From positions 13,699 through 77,698 of the forward strand of contig JBFWKW010000003.1 in the NCBI GenBank assembly GCA_050252455.1: DNA of 64,000 bases, written 5' to 3'. A program made the position numbers and the translations under genes. A model generated the notes under the pieces. The model was not told where the DNA came from. It saw only the letters and a list, made by a program, of their open reading frames with translations, and did not search any database. Source of the stretch: Campylobacterales bacterium. Its GTDB lineage: Bacteria; Campylobacterota; Campylobacteria; Campylobacterales; UBA6016. Shown here in pieces: positions 37,877 to 47,110 of this stretch (its first letter is position 1; every line of letters begins with the position of its first letter).

Positions 37877-38913
37877 TGAGACTATTTCACTTATCGCACA
37901 CGGATTTGGACGGTTACGGTTGCCAGTACGTATCCTCAAAATATATAGAGAACACAAGGTTTTTCAATTCCAATTACGGAAACGAAATTAACGCTAGACT
38001 CAAACAGATGACTTCTGAGATAGAGGCCTTAGAAGATAAAAGCGAAGAGATACTTTTTCTTATTACCGACCTAAATCTAAGCACTCAGGATTGCAGGTAC
38101 CTAGATGATAAAATCAGAGCTTTGAATACGAGCGGATATAACATTAAGTTGCAGCTTCTAGACCACCACATTAGTGGCGAGGAACAGGCAAAAGAGTTTT
38201 CGGATTGGTATACGCTTGATAACAACAGATGCGGCACAAAGCTCACATATGATTATTTCGGCGAGATAGACGAGGCGACTACAACCTTAATAAACGCTAT
38301 AAACGCCATAGATTTATGGAAAGAGGACCAACCGCTTTTTGAATTTGGCAAGACTCTTATGAGGCTGATTACGGAGACAAAAGAGCTAAATAAGCTTATA
38401 TTCCCGGATGAGAGCGTGGCTTATAAGCTGTATGCGCTTGAGAGGGCAAAAGAGTTTTTGGGTAAAGATGATGCCCATATAGCCCTTGACGATGCGATAC
38501 ATTTTTTGAAAAAAGAGTTTTTGAGGGGTGAAGAAGCGAACGATACGATAGACAATCTATCGAGCAGATACGTAACTCAATTATTGTCAACCAAAAAAGA
38601 TGAATTTAGCGTAGAGTATGCCGGATATACCGGCTTTCTCACCGTCTCTATAGGCAACGTATCGGTAATAGCTAACGGCTTTTTGTCGGCAAACGATGAG
38701 TATGACTTTTTTATAGACGTCTCTCCAAAGGGCAATATATCTATGCGCTCAAGCAATAAAGCGGACGTTAGCGAAATAAGCAAGACGCTTTTTGGCGGCG
38801 GCGGTCACCGAAATGCCGCGGGCGGAAGAGCAAATAATATAAAAGAATTTTTTACGTACGCAGAGTACAAAAAAGCAATAGAATCTATCATGAAACCGGT
38901 AATCGAGGGATAA
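37876..38913 (+). CDS. DHH/DHHA1 family phosphoesterase
   Basis: HTDLDG, ITDL, LLDHH, GGGHRNAAGG. Confidence 0.9.
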   Translation: MRLFHLSHTDLDGYGCQYVSSKYIENTRFFNSNYGNEINARLKQMTSEIEALEDKSEEILFLITDLNLSTQDCRYLDDKIRALNTSGYNIKLQLLDHHISGEEQAKEFSDWYTLDNNRCGTKLTYDYFGEIDEATTTLINAINAIDLWKEDQPLFEFGKTLMRLITETKELNKLIFPDESVAYKLYALERAKEFLGKDDAHIALDDAIHFLKKEFLRGEEANDTIDNLSSRYVTQLLSTKKDEFSVEYAGYTGFLTVSIGNVSVIANGFLSANDEYDFFIDVSPKGNISMRSSNKADVSEISKTLFGGGGHRNAAGGRANNIKEFFTYAEYKKAIESIMKPVIEG

Positions 38914-39218
38914 TGGAAGCTATCGAAACATATCAAAACTATATCGCTCTCGGATTTTTGTTAAATATTTTCGCTACCGTTGGATTCGGGATTTACAAGG
39001 CCTCAAATATTAGCGAGACGGAGGCTTTTTATCTCATTAGTACATATGAGGCAAAAGCCAATATGGGTAAATTGGTGATTTTGTGGTGTGTGCCGTTTCT
39101 TGGATTTTTGTATGTGTTTAAAGAGATTTTGACGCTTCAGACTAGCTACCTCAACAGAGGCGCTACGGTCTTTAACTATATGGAAGACAAGATAAAAAAA
39201 GAATCGAAAGAGAGATAA
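38913..39218 (+). CDS. Small two-TM hypothetical protein
   Basis: 101 aa, two hydrophobic segments, TAATG coupling. Confidence 0.7.
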   Translation: MEAIETYQNYIALGFLLNIFATVGFGIYKASNISETEAFYLISTYEAKANMGKLVILWCVPFLGFLYVFKEILTLQTSYLNRGATVFNYMEDKIKKESKER

Positions 39219-39232
39219 CAATCTCTCTTTTT
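39207..39232. terminator. Bidirectional intrinsic terminator
   Basis: AAAGAGAGAT-AACA-ATCTCTCTTT(TT), a 10-bp stem between convergent operons. Confidence 0.6.
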
Positions 39233-39353
39233 CTCAGCCAAATTTACCGATTTTTCTGCCGCTTTATGCGGCTAGCTTCAGTGGCTCAGCGCCTAGCGTA
39301 GCAAGAAAGGGCTTTGCTCGTTCTTGCGTGTGTTTGGCTCAGCCAAACTTTCC
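39233..39353. repeat. 105-bp multi-hairpin insert bounded by a degenerate direct repeat of the pstB 3' end (REP/MITE-like)
   Basis: CTCAGCCAAAtTTaCC (39233) versus CTCAGCCAAAcTTtCC (39338). Internal hairpins at 39258-39272, 39301-39327 and 39332-39348. Confidence 0.65.
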
Positions 39354-40130
39354 AGTAATGTATTCTTCTGTTAGTTTTTCTACAGGATTGATAAATAGCT
39401 CTTCAGTATGACCTAGTTCAATCAAATCGCCAAGATACATGAACGCCGTATAATCAGACACCCTTGCCGCTTGTTGCATATTGTGCGTTACGATGATGAC
39501 CGTTAGCTTCTCTTTTAGCTCAATTATTAGCTTCTCAACCGCAAGCGTAGATATCGGGTCAAGTGCGGATGTCGGTTCGTCAAATAGTAGCACTTCAGGC
39601 TCTACCGCTACCGCTCTTGCGATACAAAGTCTTTGTTGTTGTCCGCCTGAGAGCGAGTTGCCGTCCGCGTGAAGTCTATTTGATACCTCTTCCCATAGCG
39701 CTGCACCTTTGAGCGCCGCTTCTACTCTACCTTCAAGTTCCGATTTATTTTTTATCCCTTGAAGTCTAAGACCGTAAGCGACATTGTCAAAAATACTCAT
39801 CGGAAACGGAGTCGGTTTTTGGAAAATCATACCGATTTTTAGTCTAAGGTCGATAAGGTCAACATCTTTGTCAAGGATATTTTTCTTTGTATCTTCAAAA
39901 AGTATCTCACCCTCATATTTATTGCCCGGATACAGGTCGTGAATTCTATTAAAAGACCTAAGAAGGGTAGTCTTACCACAGCCTGAAGGGCCGATTAGCG
40001 CCGTGATGCGGTTTTTTGCTATCGGCATATTGATGTTTTTTAGGCTTGGGCTAGTAGTCCCCTTGTAGTAAAAATTGAAGTTTTTTACCTCTAGCTCAAG
40101 AGCCTCTTTTACATTAGCTATAGTTGACAT
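39339..40130 (-). CDS. pstB: Phosphate ABC transporter ATPase
   Basis: [34 protein letters not shown]. Confidence 0.97.
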   Translation of the reverse strand: MSTIANVKEALELEVKNFNFYYKGTTSPSLKNINMPIAKNRITALIGPSGCGKTTLLRSFNRIHDLYPGNKYEGEILFEDTKKNILDKDVDLIDLRLKIGMIFQKPTPFPMSIFDNVAYGLRLQGIKNKSELEGRVEAALKGAALWEEVSNRLHADGNSLSGGQQQRLCIARAVAVEPEVLLFDEPTSALDPISTLAVEKLIIELKEKLTVIIVTHNMQQAARVSDYTAFMYLGDLIELGHTEELFINPVEKLTEEYITGKFG

Positions 40131-40133
40131 GTT

Positions 40134-40979
40134 TTACCTTTTACCTTTTTTGATATTCATAATAACTCTACTTAGTATGTTGACAAACAGTACCGCAAAA
40201 GTAAGTATCGCAGCAGCTGCCCAGCCAAGTTGTTGCCAGTCTTCGTACGGGCTTGACGCATAGCCGAACATTGTGACCGTGAGCGACGCCATAGAATCGT
40301 TCATATTGAGGCTAAAGAAGTTGTTATTAAACGATGTGAACAGTAGCGGAGCAGTCTCTCCGGCAACCCTTGCGACGCCCAGGAGTATACCCGTCATCAA
40401 TCCTACTGCCGCCCCTTTGTAAACTACTTGAAATATCACTTTCCATTTCGGTGCGCCGAGTGCGTATGCGGCTTCTCTAAGTGTTTGCGGAACAAGGCGA
40501 AGCATATCGTCGGTTGTTCTAATGATGACCGGGATGGCAAGGATGGCAAGAGCGACACTACCTGCCCAGCCTGAGAAGTGATGAACAGGGGCCACCATGA
40601 TGCCGTAGACGAATACGCCGACAACGATAGATGGAGCCGACATCATGATGTCCGATAGGTCTCTTATGAAGTTTGCAACCCTAGAGCCTGCGCCGTATTC
40701 GCTCAGATATGTTCCCGCCAGCATACCGACAGGGATACCGATACCCATTGCAACGCTTGTTAGCATCAGGTGTCCGACAAGTGCTTGTCTGAGGCCTCCA
40801 CCTTCCATTCCAGGAGGTGTTCCGTCTTGGGTAAATGTATTGATGGATATTACCGATAGCCCTTTGAAAAGCAGTATTCCTATTATCCAAAATAGTATTG
40901 CAATACCGAGAAGAGCAGCCGTTGTAGAGAGCGCCAAAACTACCGTGTTTAGAATTTTTCTTTTATTTTTGTGCAACAT
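40134..40979 (-). CDS. pstA: Phosphate ABC transporter permease
   Basis: YLSEY, APSIVVG, EAAYALGA, ARVAGETAPL. Confidence 0.95.
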   Translation of the reverse strand: MLHKNKRKILNTVVLALSTTAALLGIAILFWIIGILLFKGLSVISINTFTQDGTPPGMEGGGLRQALVGHLMLTSVAMGIGIPVGMLAGTYLSEYGAGSRVANFIRDLSDIMMSAPSIVVGVFVYGIMVAPVHHFSGWAGSVALAILAIPVIIRTTDDMLRLVPQTLREAAYALGAPKWKVIFQVVYKGAAVGLMTGILLGVARVAGETAPLLFTSFNNNFFSLNMNDSMASLTVTMFGYASSPYEDWQQLGWAAAAILTFAVLFVNILSRVIMNIKKGKR

Positions 40980-40980
40980 C

Positions 40981-41841
40981 TTAGCTTCTCTCTTTCTTTA
41001 GGAAAAGGAATTTTGCGGTTGCGATAATCGCAAAGCTAACAACAAATAGTAGCAACGCCAGTAGATACAAGCTTGAGTAGTATATATCGCTATCTGCTTC
41101 CGTAAACTCGTTTGCGAGAGTGACCGGGATGCTTGTCGCAGGCTCCAGAATACTCTCGGGAATTCTCTGTGCATTACCCATAACAAATGTTACAGCCATA
41201 GTCTCGCCAAGCGCACGCCCTAGAGATAGTATGATTGAACCGATAACCCCTATTTTTGCATACGGAAGGACTACGTCTTTAATAACGTCCCATTTGGTTG
41301 CGCCGAGTGCATATGCAGATTCTTTGAGGATATCCGGGGTTGTGTTCATAGAGTCTCTAGTGATTGAAGCGGTAAAAGGGACAATCATAATAGCAAGGAT
41401 AAGACCACCGGTCAAAAGCCCCATTCCGGAACCGCCGGTTACGTCTCTGACTATAGGCACGAAGTAAAAAAGACCCCACATACCGTAGATAACGGATGGA
41501 ATCGCAGCCAAAAGCTCTATTAGCGTTCCTGCTACCCCTTTGATTTTTGCATGGGCTATTTCACTTAAGAATATGGCTATACCGATGGCTATAGGAGTTG
41601 CTACGGCCATCGCTATAATCGTTGATATGATAGTACCGTATATGGACGGCAAAGCGCCGAATGTTTCCATATTGGGAGCCCAAATCTCACCTGTTAGAAA
41701 ACCGGTACCGAAAGAATCTATGGCAGGTTTTGCATCGATGTACAAAACCACAAAAATGGCTACAAGTACTACGAATACGGAGAGCGCCATAAACCTTGAA
41801 AGGCTCTCGAAAATAAAGTCGCCTAAATTGATGTTTTTCAT
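40981..41841 (-). CDS. pstC: Phosphate ABC transporter permease
   Basis: ELLAAIPSVIYGMWG, ESAYALGAT, GRALGETMAV. Confidence 0.95.
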   Translation of the reverse strand: MKNINLGDFIFESLSRFMALSVFVVLVAIFVVLYIDAKPAIDSFGTGFLTGEIWAPNMETFGALPSIYGTIISTIIAMAVATPIAIGIAIFLSEIAHAKIKGVAGTLIELLAAIPSVIYGMWGLFYFVPIVRDVTGGSGMGLLTGGLILAIMIVPFTASITRDSMNTTPDILKESAYALGATKWDVIKDVVLPYAKIGVIGSIILSLGRALGETMAVTFVMGNAQRIPESILEPATSIPVTLANEFTEADSDIYYSSLYLLALLLFVVSFAIIATAKFLFLKKERS

Positions 41842-41891
41842 ACGGAATACCCTAATAAACCACTATTTTTGAAGTGTTTTTGTGTGTCTTA

Positions 41892-41923
41892 ATTGTATAT
41901 TTTGTCGGTTACGAAATAGTTAC
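41892..41923 (-). promoter_or_regulatory. Pho-box-like direct repeat plus -10 box of pstCAB
   Basis: GTTAC-GAAATA-GTTAC (41908-41923, 11-bp period), resembling the C. jejuni PhosR box GTTTCNAAAANGTTTC. TACAAT on the minus strand at 41892-41897. Confidence 0.65.
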
Positions 41924-41931
41924 TTTCGGCC

Positions 41932-42240
41932 TTAAAACTCTTTTTTTACGTTTAGTAAAACGATCAGATTGAGCTTGTCTAAGAGTTCGTAAAGGTCAGC
42001 GCTATAAACGTAAACCGTAATTTTAGCATTATCTTTTTGAACCATTTTAAGCAGGGTGCCTATTATTGAGGAGGTTATGATGTAGGAATCGATAATGTGG
42101 ATATCTATTTTTGCGCCGGGGTCTTTTAGTAAAATGTCGGAAATACTTTTTTTGAATATTGTGCTATCTTCTATCGTTTTGATTACATTTTTGACTACTA
42201 TTTTGTGGCTATTTCCGTTTTGTGAGCTTTCTAGTTGCAC
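41932..42240 (-). CDS. STAS-like anti-anti-sigma factor
   Basis: 102 aa; IDIHIIDSYIITSSIIGTLL matches the STAS phospho-Ser helix; follows a PP2C/anti-sigma kinase gene. Confidence 0.7.
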   Translation of the reverse strand: MQLESSQNGNSHKIVVKNVIKTIEDSTIFKKSISDILLKDPGAKIDIHIIDSYIITSSIIGTLLKMVQKDNAKITVYVYSADLYELLDKLNLIVLLNVKKEF

Positions 42241-42303
42241 GCAGATTCCCTTTATTTTTTTTCCTGTTCGATTTTAAGACAAAAACTCTTAGCTGGCGAT
42301 AAA

Positions 42304-44322
42304 TTAACTTTTTTGTTTAATTGTTTTAAAAAATGTAGTTTTATTTCCGGTTTCACTGAAGAATACACCGTCGGTTATATCGTTTGCCATCCACATTCCT
42401 CTGCCTGAAAATCTATCATTGTTTTCTACGTAAATTGTTTTTAGAGCCTCTGAGAATTTAAAACCTTTGCCCGGATCCTCGATTCCTATTTCTAGTATTT
42501 TTTGGTTGTTTTTTGTGTTTGATATCGTGATTTCGACCGCAATTTTTTTGGTACTTTCGGAACTGTCGAAGCTCTCCAAAAACTCCTCATAAGTATCTTC
42601 TTCGATTAATCTTTGCTTCTCGTCCGGCGTTAGGCATAATGCCCCATGCTCAAAGGCATTCATTAGTAGTTCGCTAAATACAAGCTGAGTTTCGGATGCT
42701 TCTCTTTCGTCTATTCCGGCGCTGCTTAGCATCTCTTCTATCTCGTTGTTTAGCTTTATAACCTCTGCAAGTTTGGACGATATTTCCACTTTTTGCTCAA
42801 ACACGACCTCTTTTTTAGATGTTTGAGAGATAAAAATAAGGGTCATATCATCATCTAAAGAGTCAACTCTCGATTCAAACTTTCTTAGAAGTTGCCGCAT
42901 TAAAATTGAATTTTCAAAGTCATCTTCTATGTATTTTGAATAAGGCTTACCGTCTTTTGTCTCGCTTTCATTTAGTCCGTCCGAATAAATGGCTATTTTG
43001 CTCACATTGTCAAGCGTCACCACGTCTATGTTTTCAGTGCTCAAAAAAGACATTATCGGAGGATTGTTCGGTTTTATACGTTCAACGCTTCCGTTTTTTT
43101 CTATTAGCAGGGGAGGCATTCCATAGTTGGCTACCTTGATAGTTTGGCGATTAATGTCAAGGTCAACAAAAGCAATGCAAAGCAATTCATCCTCAAGGAG
43201 CTGCTTTCTTATGAAGCTGCAAAAAGAGCTTACTATTTTTTCCAGTTCAAAATCGCTATGCTCATTTGCCCTTTCAATGCTATTGTTGATAAAAGAGGTG
43301 GATTGAATACTGGTAACCGAGGCGCTAAGTCCTTTGCCCATTGCGTCTACTATATAAAAAAGATACCTGTCGTCACTCACTTTTATGGCGCCGAGCGTAT
43401 CCCCACTCAGTATATCCAGAGGCTTGCAGTAGGAGTCAAAAGACCAGCCGTTTTTAAGCAGATGCGACACGTCATCTTTAATAATCTTTTTTTGCTTTTT
43501 GAAGGCGTCTTGTTGCTGTGTATTATGGTATCTCTCTTTATATTTTAAAAGCTCAAGTTCTTGTCTTTTTGCTTTTTCGTGAACGGTAATATCGCTAATC
43601 GTTAGTATTATTTTTATTTCGCTTAGCACCTTTGCTTCGCTCAGCTCAAGCGAGAAAATACCGTCCACCCCTTTTATTCCGGCTTTAAACTCTTCACTTT
43701 TTGAAAGCAAATCCAAAAAACTCTCGTCATCTTCGGGTATGGTATATCCGTCATAAGCGGTTAGCTTTGCCGTTAGCGAAAAATCATAGCCAGGCTTTAT
43801 TATTTCTTCAAATGAGCGGTTGTAGTTTTCTAGTCTAAGTTGAGAGTCAAAGATTGCGATTAGCTGTTTTTGTGCATCAAGAATTGCCCTAATGTAAGCA
43901 AGACCCCTTTTGAGTCCGGTTTGTAGCTTGTAGAGCTTGGTTTGGTTTTTAACCCTGGTTAGAATTTCCGTCTTATCGAATGATTTTGCTACGAAGTCGA
44001 CCCCTCCGACCTCAAATCCTTTTAATTTTGTGCTCAAATCGTCAAAGGCCGTTAAGAATATGACCGGAATATCTTTAACGTGCTGATTTTGCTTGATAAG
44101 TTTGCACGTCTCGAACCCGTCTATCCCCTTGCCCATTTGTATGTCAAGAAGTATGGTGTCTACGGAAATATTTTGCAGTAACTCCAGGGCTTCTTCGCCG
44201 CTAGAGGCGGTAAAAACTTCAAATCCCTCTTTTTTAAGTATCATAGTGAGCAGCTGAACGATTGTTCTGGTGTCATCGACTATTAGGATTTTATCGGTGG
44301 TGGTCACATTGGTGGGTTGCAT
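42304..44322 (-). CDS. Response regulator with REC, PP2C (SpoIIE) phosphatase and RsbW-like Ser kinase domains
   Basis: REC: ILIVDD, LLDIQM, IFLTA. PP2C: SGD, VDAMGKG, YSDGL, DDDMT. HATPase: ELLMNAFEHG, DPGKGF, GRGM. Likely ATG at 44322. Confidence 0.88.
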   Translation of the reverse strand: MQPTNVTTTDKILIVDDTRTIVQLLTMILKKEGFEVFTASSGEEALELLQNISVDTILLDIQMGKGIDGFETCKLIKQNQHVKDIPVIFLTAFDDLSTKLKGFEVGGVDFVAKSFDKTEILTRVKNQTKLYKLQTGLKRGLAYIRAILDAQKQLIAIFDSQLRLENYNRSFEEIIKPGYDFSLTAKLTAYDGYTIPEDDESFLDLLSKSEEFKAGIKGVDGIFSLELSEAKVLSEIKIILTISDITVHEKAKRQELELLKYKERYHNTQQQDAFKKQKKIIKDDVSHLLKNGWSFDSYCKPLDILSGDTLGAIKVSDDRYLFYIVDAMGKGLSASVTSIQSTSFINNSIERANEHSDFELEKIVSSFCSFIRKQLLEDELLCIAFVDLDINRQTIKVANYGMPPLLIEKNGSVERIKPNNPPIMSFLSTENIDVVTLDNVSKIAIYSDGLNESETKDGKPYSKYIEDDFENSILMRQLLRKFESRVDSLDDDMTLIFISQTSKKEVVFEQKVEISSKLAEVIKLNNEIEEMLSSAGIDEREASETQLVFSELLMNAFEHGALCLTPDEKQRLIEEDTYEEFLESFDSSESTKKIAVEITISNTKNNQKILEIGIEDPGKGFKFSEALKTIYVENNDRFSGRGMWMANDITDGVFFSETGNKTTFFKTIKQKS

Positions 44323-44400
44323 TGAGGCCCTTATTTTGTTATCAAGCTTTTGATACAATTTTTTCATAAAATAACTGATAAACCATAAAAAGGCGCATAG

Positions 44401-45588
44401 ATGAGTTACGAACAAGAAGAATCAAAATATTTACTTCACACATACAAAAGAAACTATACGAATTTCACGGACGGCAAAGGTGCTAGGCTGTTTGACGAAA
44501 ACGGCAAAGAATATGTAGATTTTATGTCGGGCATTGCGGTCAGTTCGCTTGGATACAGACATCCGGCGCTTGTCAAAGCGGTAAGCGAAGCGATAGACGG
44601 CGTTCATCACATATCAAATCTGTTTTATATAGATTCGCAAGTCAAGGCGGCAAAAAAAATAAACGAACTTTGCGGCATGGATGTAGCGGTGTTTTTTGCC
44701 AATAGCGGCGCAGAGGCAAACGAAGGCGCTATCAAAGTCGCTAGAAAATACGGTGAGAGCAGATTTGAGAAAAAAAGATACAAAATCATCACTATCAAAA
44801 ACTCGTTTCACGGTCGTACTATCACTACCCTAAAGGCAACGGCGCAAGATAGATTTCACGACTTTTTTGGGCCATACCCGGAGGGCTTTTTTTATGCCGC
44901 CACGATAAAAGAGGCAATAGAGATGTGTGACGACGAGACGGCGGCTGTTATGCTTGAGCCTATACAAGCGGAGGGCGGCGTATATGCGTTTGAAAAAGAT
45001 GACATCGTAAAACTTAGAGAATTTACGAAAGCACAAAACATCTTACTTGTTTTTGACGAAATTCAAAGCGGCGTATATAGAAGCGGCGAGTTTTTGGCGT
45101 CATCCGTATATGGTGTAGAGCCTGACGTATTTACGTTGGCAAAAGGGCTTGCGGGTGGCGTACCTGTGGGCGCAGTGTGTACGACGATAAAAGATGTATT
45201 TAGCTATGGCGAACACGGCTCCACATTTGGCGGCAATCCATTGTCCACCAAGGCGACTATTGCTGTTCTCGGTGCGCTGGAAGATGAGTACAAATCTGGG
45301 AGACTAGCAAATATCATCGAGCTCTTCGACAAGGAGCTTGCTGCTATCGTTGCGGACTATCCAAGTCTGTTTGAAAAAACTAGCGGTTTTGGACTGCTTC
45401 GTGGGCTAAAAGCCAAAAACGACGACATTATGCTTTCCGTCATCGCAAAAGGGATGGAGGAGGGCGTGCTTGTTATCAAATCTGCTCAAAGTACCGTGAG
45501 ATTTTTGCCGGCTCTTGTCATCACTCCGGAGGATATCAAAGAGGGCTTTGCAAGACTAAGACGTGTGCTTGACAAGGTGGGCGGTTGA
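44401..45588 (+). CDS. argD: Acetylornithine aminotransferase
   Basis: NSGAEANE, SFHGRT, DEIQSG, LAKGLAGG, HGSTFGGNP. Confidence 0.92.
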   Translation: MSYEQEESKYLLHTYKRNYTNFTDGKGARLFDENGKEYVDFMSGIAVSSLGYRHPALVKAVSEAIDGVHHISNLFYIDSQVKAAKKINELCGMDVAVFFANSGAEANEGAIKVARKYGESRFEKKRYKIITIKNSFHGRTITTLKATAQDRFHDFFGPYPEGFFYAATIKEAIEMCDDETAAVMLEPIQAEGGVYAFEKDDIVKLREFTKAQNILLVFDEIQSGVYRSGEFLASSVYGVEPDVFTLAKGLAGGVPVGAVCTTIKDVFSYGEHGSTFGGNPLSTKATIAVLGALEDEYKSGRLANIIELFDKELAAIVADYPSLFEKTSGFGLLRGLKAKNDDIMLSVIAKGMEEGVLVIKSAQSTVRFLPALVITPEDIKEGFARLRRVLDKVGG

Positions 45589-46574
45589 GATTTTCGGAGT
45601 ATATGAGTGAGTGGCTATACGGTGATAATGGCTACTACCTAGATATCGGGCAAGTAGGCAAGGCGGGGGATTTTCTCACCTCTCCTAGTGTTTCGATGTT
45701 TTTTGGCGGGGCTATTGCCAACAAGTTCGTTTCACTCGTGCGAAGCGGCATATTGCCGAGAGATTCTATCGTGTGCGAGTTTGGGGCGAATTCGCTGTAT
45801 GCACTCAAAGATTTTGCATCATTTGTAGCAGGATTAGAGCCGGAGCTTCTTAAGACAGTGAAGTTCGTAATCGTCGAAAAACAGGCAAAAGCGGCTGATT
45901 TTCAAGCCAGTGAGCTAAAAGAGTTTTTTGCAGACGTTGATTTTGGGATAGTGAGTGAGTTAAAAGGTTTTGAAAACAGGGCGGCATTTGTATTTGCAAA
46001 CGAGATATTTGACGCATTTGCCTGTGAGCTGCTGCATGAGGGCAAATTTGCGAGCGTGCGCGAACACAAAATAAGTTTTGATATGGATGATGAAGCGCTA
46101 CTCAAAAAGGCGCAAAAGCTGGAGATAACAAAAGGGGAAATAGCCCTGGGATACGAGGAGTTTGCAAAAGAGCTTTACTCGGCGTTTGCAAAAAGCTACT
46201 TTGTGACGTTTGATTACGGGCAGGAGTATGCCAGAAACGATTTTTCTGTGCGTATCTACAAAGAACACAAAAATGAGCCGCTTTTTGGCGTAGATAATCT
46301 AGGTGAGTATTTTGCAAATTCAGATATTACATATGACGTGAATTTTGGACACCTTGCGAGAGCATTTGAAGACGCAGGATTTGATACGATAGATTACAAA
46401 AATCAGGCGAGTGCGCTTGTGAATTTCGGTATTTCCGAACTTCTTGAGATGTATTTAAAGAAGGTAGGCGAAGCGGCATACCTCAAAGAAGCCGCAAAGG
46501 CAAAGGCCTTGATTGCGCCGGAAGGGTTTGGGGAACGGTTTAAGATGATTAGTTTTGGCAAGGGGATAGTGTGA
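45585..46574 (+). CDS. SAM-dependent methyltransferase, MidA/NDUFAF7 family
   Basis: YMSEWLY..GYY, GDFLTSP, ANEIFDA, FDYG, DITYDVNF, GERFK. Confidence 0.85.
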   Translation: MRFSEYMSEWLYGDNGYYLDIGQVGKAGDFLTSPSVSMFFGGAIANKFVSLVRSGILPRDSIVCEFGANSLYALKDFASFVAGLEPELLKTVKFVIVEKQAKAADFQASELKEFFADVDFGIVSELKGFENRAAFVFANEIFDAFACELLHEGKFASVREHKISFDMDDEALLKKAQKLEITKGEIALGYEEFAKELYSAFAKSYFVTFDYGQEYARNDFSVRIYKEHKNEPLFGVDNLGEYFANSDITYDVNFGHLARAFEDAGFDTIDYKNQASALVNFGISELLEMYLKKVGEAAYLKEAAKAKALIAPEGFGERFKMISFGKGIV

Positions 46575-46771
46575 AAATAGTACTAAACGGCGAACAAAGA
46601 GAGTTTGAAGAGGGTATTACGCTTGGCGCGCTCATACAAAAAGAGGGCGTGAGCGAGAAAGTAATGGCAGCTGCCGTAAATATGCAAATCGTAAAAAAAG
46701 AAGATTGGAGTATTAGAAAACTAGAAGAGGGCGATAAAATAGAGCTTCTTCAGTTTGTCGGGGGCGGGTAA
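46571..46771 (+). CDS. thiS: Sulfur carrier protein ThiS
   Basis: 66 aa, LNGE, AVN, C-terminal VGGG. Confidence 0.9.
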   Translation: MKIVLNGEQREFEEGITLGALIQKEGVSEKVMAAAVNMQIVKKEDWSIRKLEEGDKIELLQFVGGG

Positions 46772-47109
46772 ATAAAAGCCGCCGCTACGGCGTACTCTCC
46801 ATCGTGGGTAATTGATATATGAACTTTATTTACGCCAAATATTTTTGACGATCTCTCACTGAGTATGGCGTACGGTGCGCCGTTGGCGTCTTTTTTTATT
46901 TCAATATCCAAAAACCCCAATTTGCCGCCTATTCCGCAACCTAGGGCTTTTGATACTGCCTCTTTTGCCGCCCATTTAGCGGCTATGGAGGATATGTGTT
47001 TACTATCTTTAATTTCGGTATCGCTCAAAAACTTTTGCGTAAAAGCGTCGCCGTGACGCTCTATCGCTTTTTTTATACGCTCTATTTTGACTAAATCTAC
47101 GCCTAGCAA
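46750..47109 (-). CDS. acpS: Holo-ACP synthase
   Basis: GVDLV, WAAKEAVSKALG, SITHD. Confidence 0.93.
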   Translation of the reverse strand: MLGVDLVKIERIKKAIERHGDAFTQKFLSDTEIKDSKHISSIAAKWAAKEAVSKALGCGIGGKLGFLDIEIKKDANGAPYAILSERSSKIFGVNKVHISITHDGEYAVAAAFIYPPPTN

Positions 47110-47110
47110 A

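Noticed and set aside
39264-39341. Selenocysteine readthrough of the pstB TGA via the downstream hairpin
   Set aside because: PstB normally ends at G(K/R)FG, the extension hits TAA after 24 codons, and no SECIS-like loop is recognisable.
40443-41325. Similar 35-bp segments in pstA (about 40443) and pstC (about 41290)
   Set aside because: They encode the paralogous EAA loop (AYALGA..W) of the two permeases.
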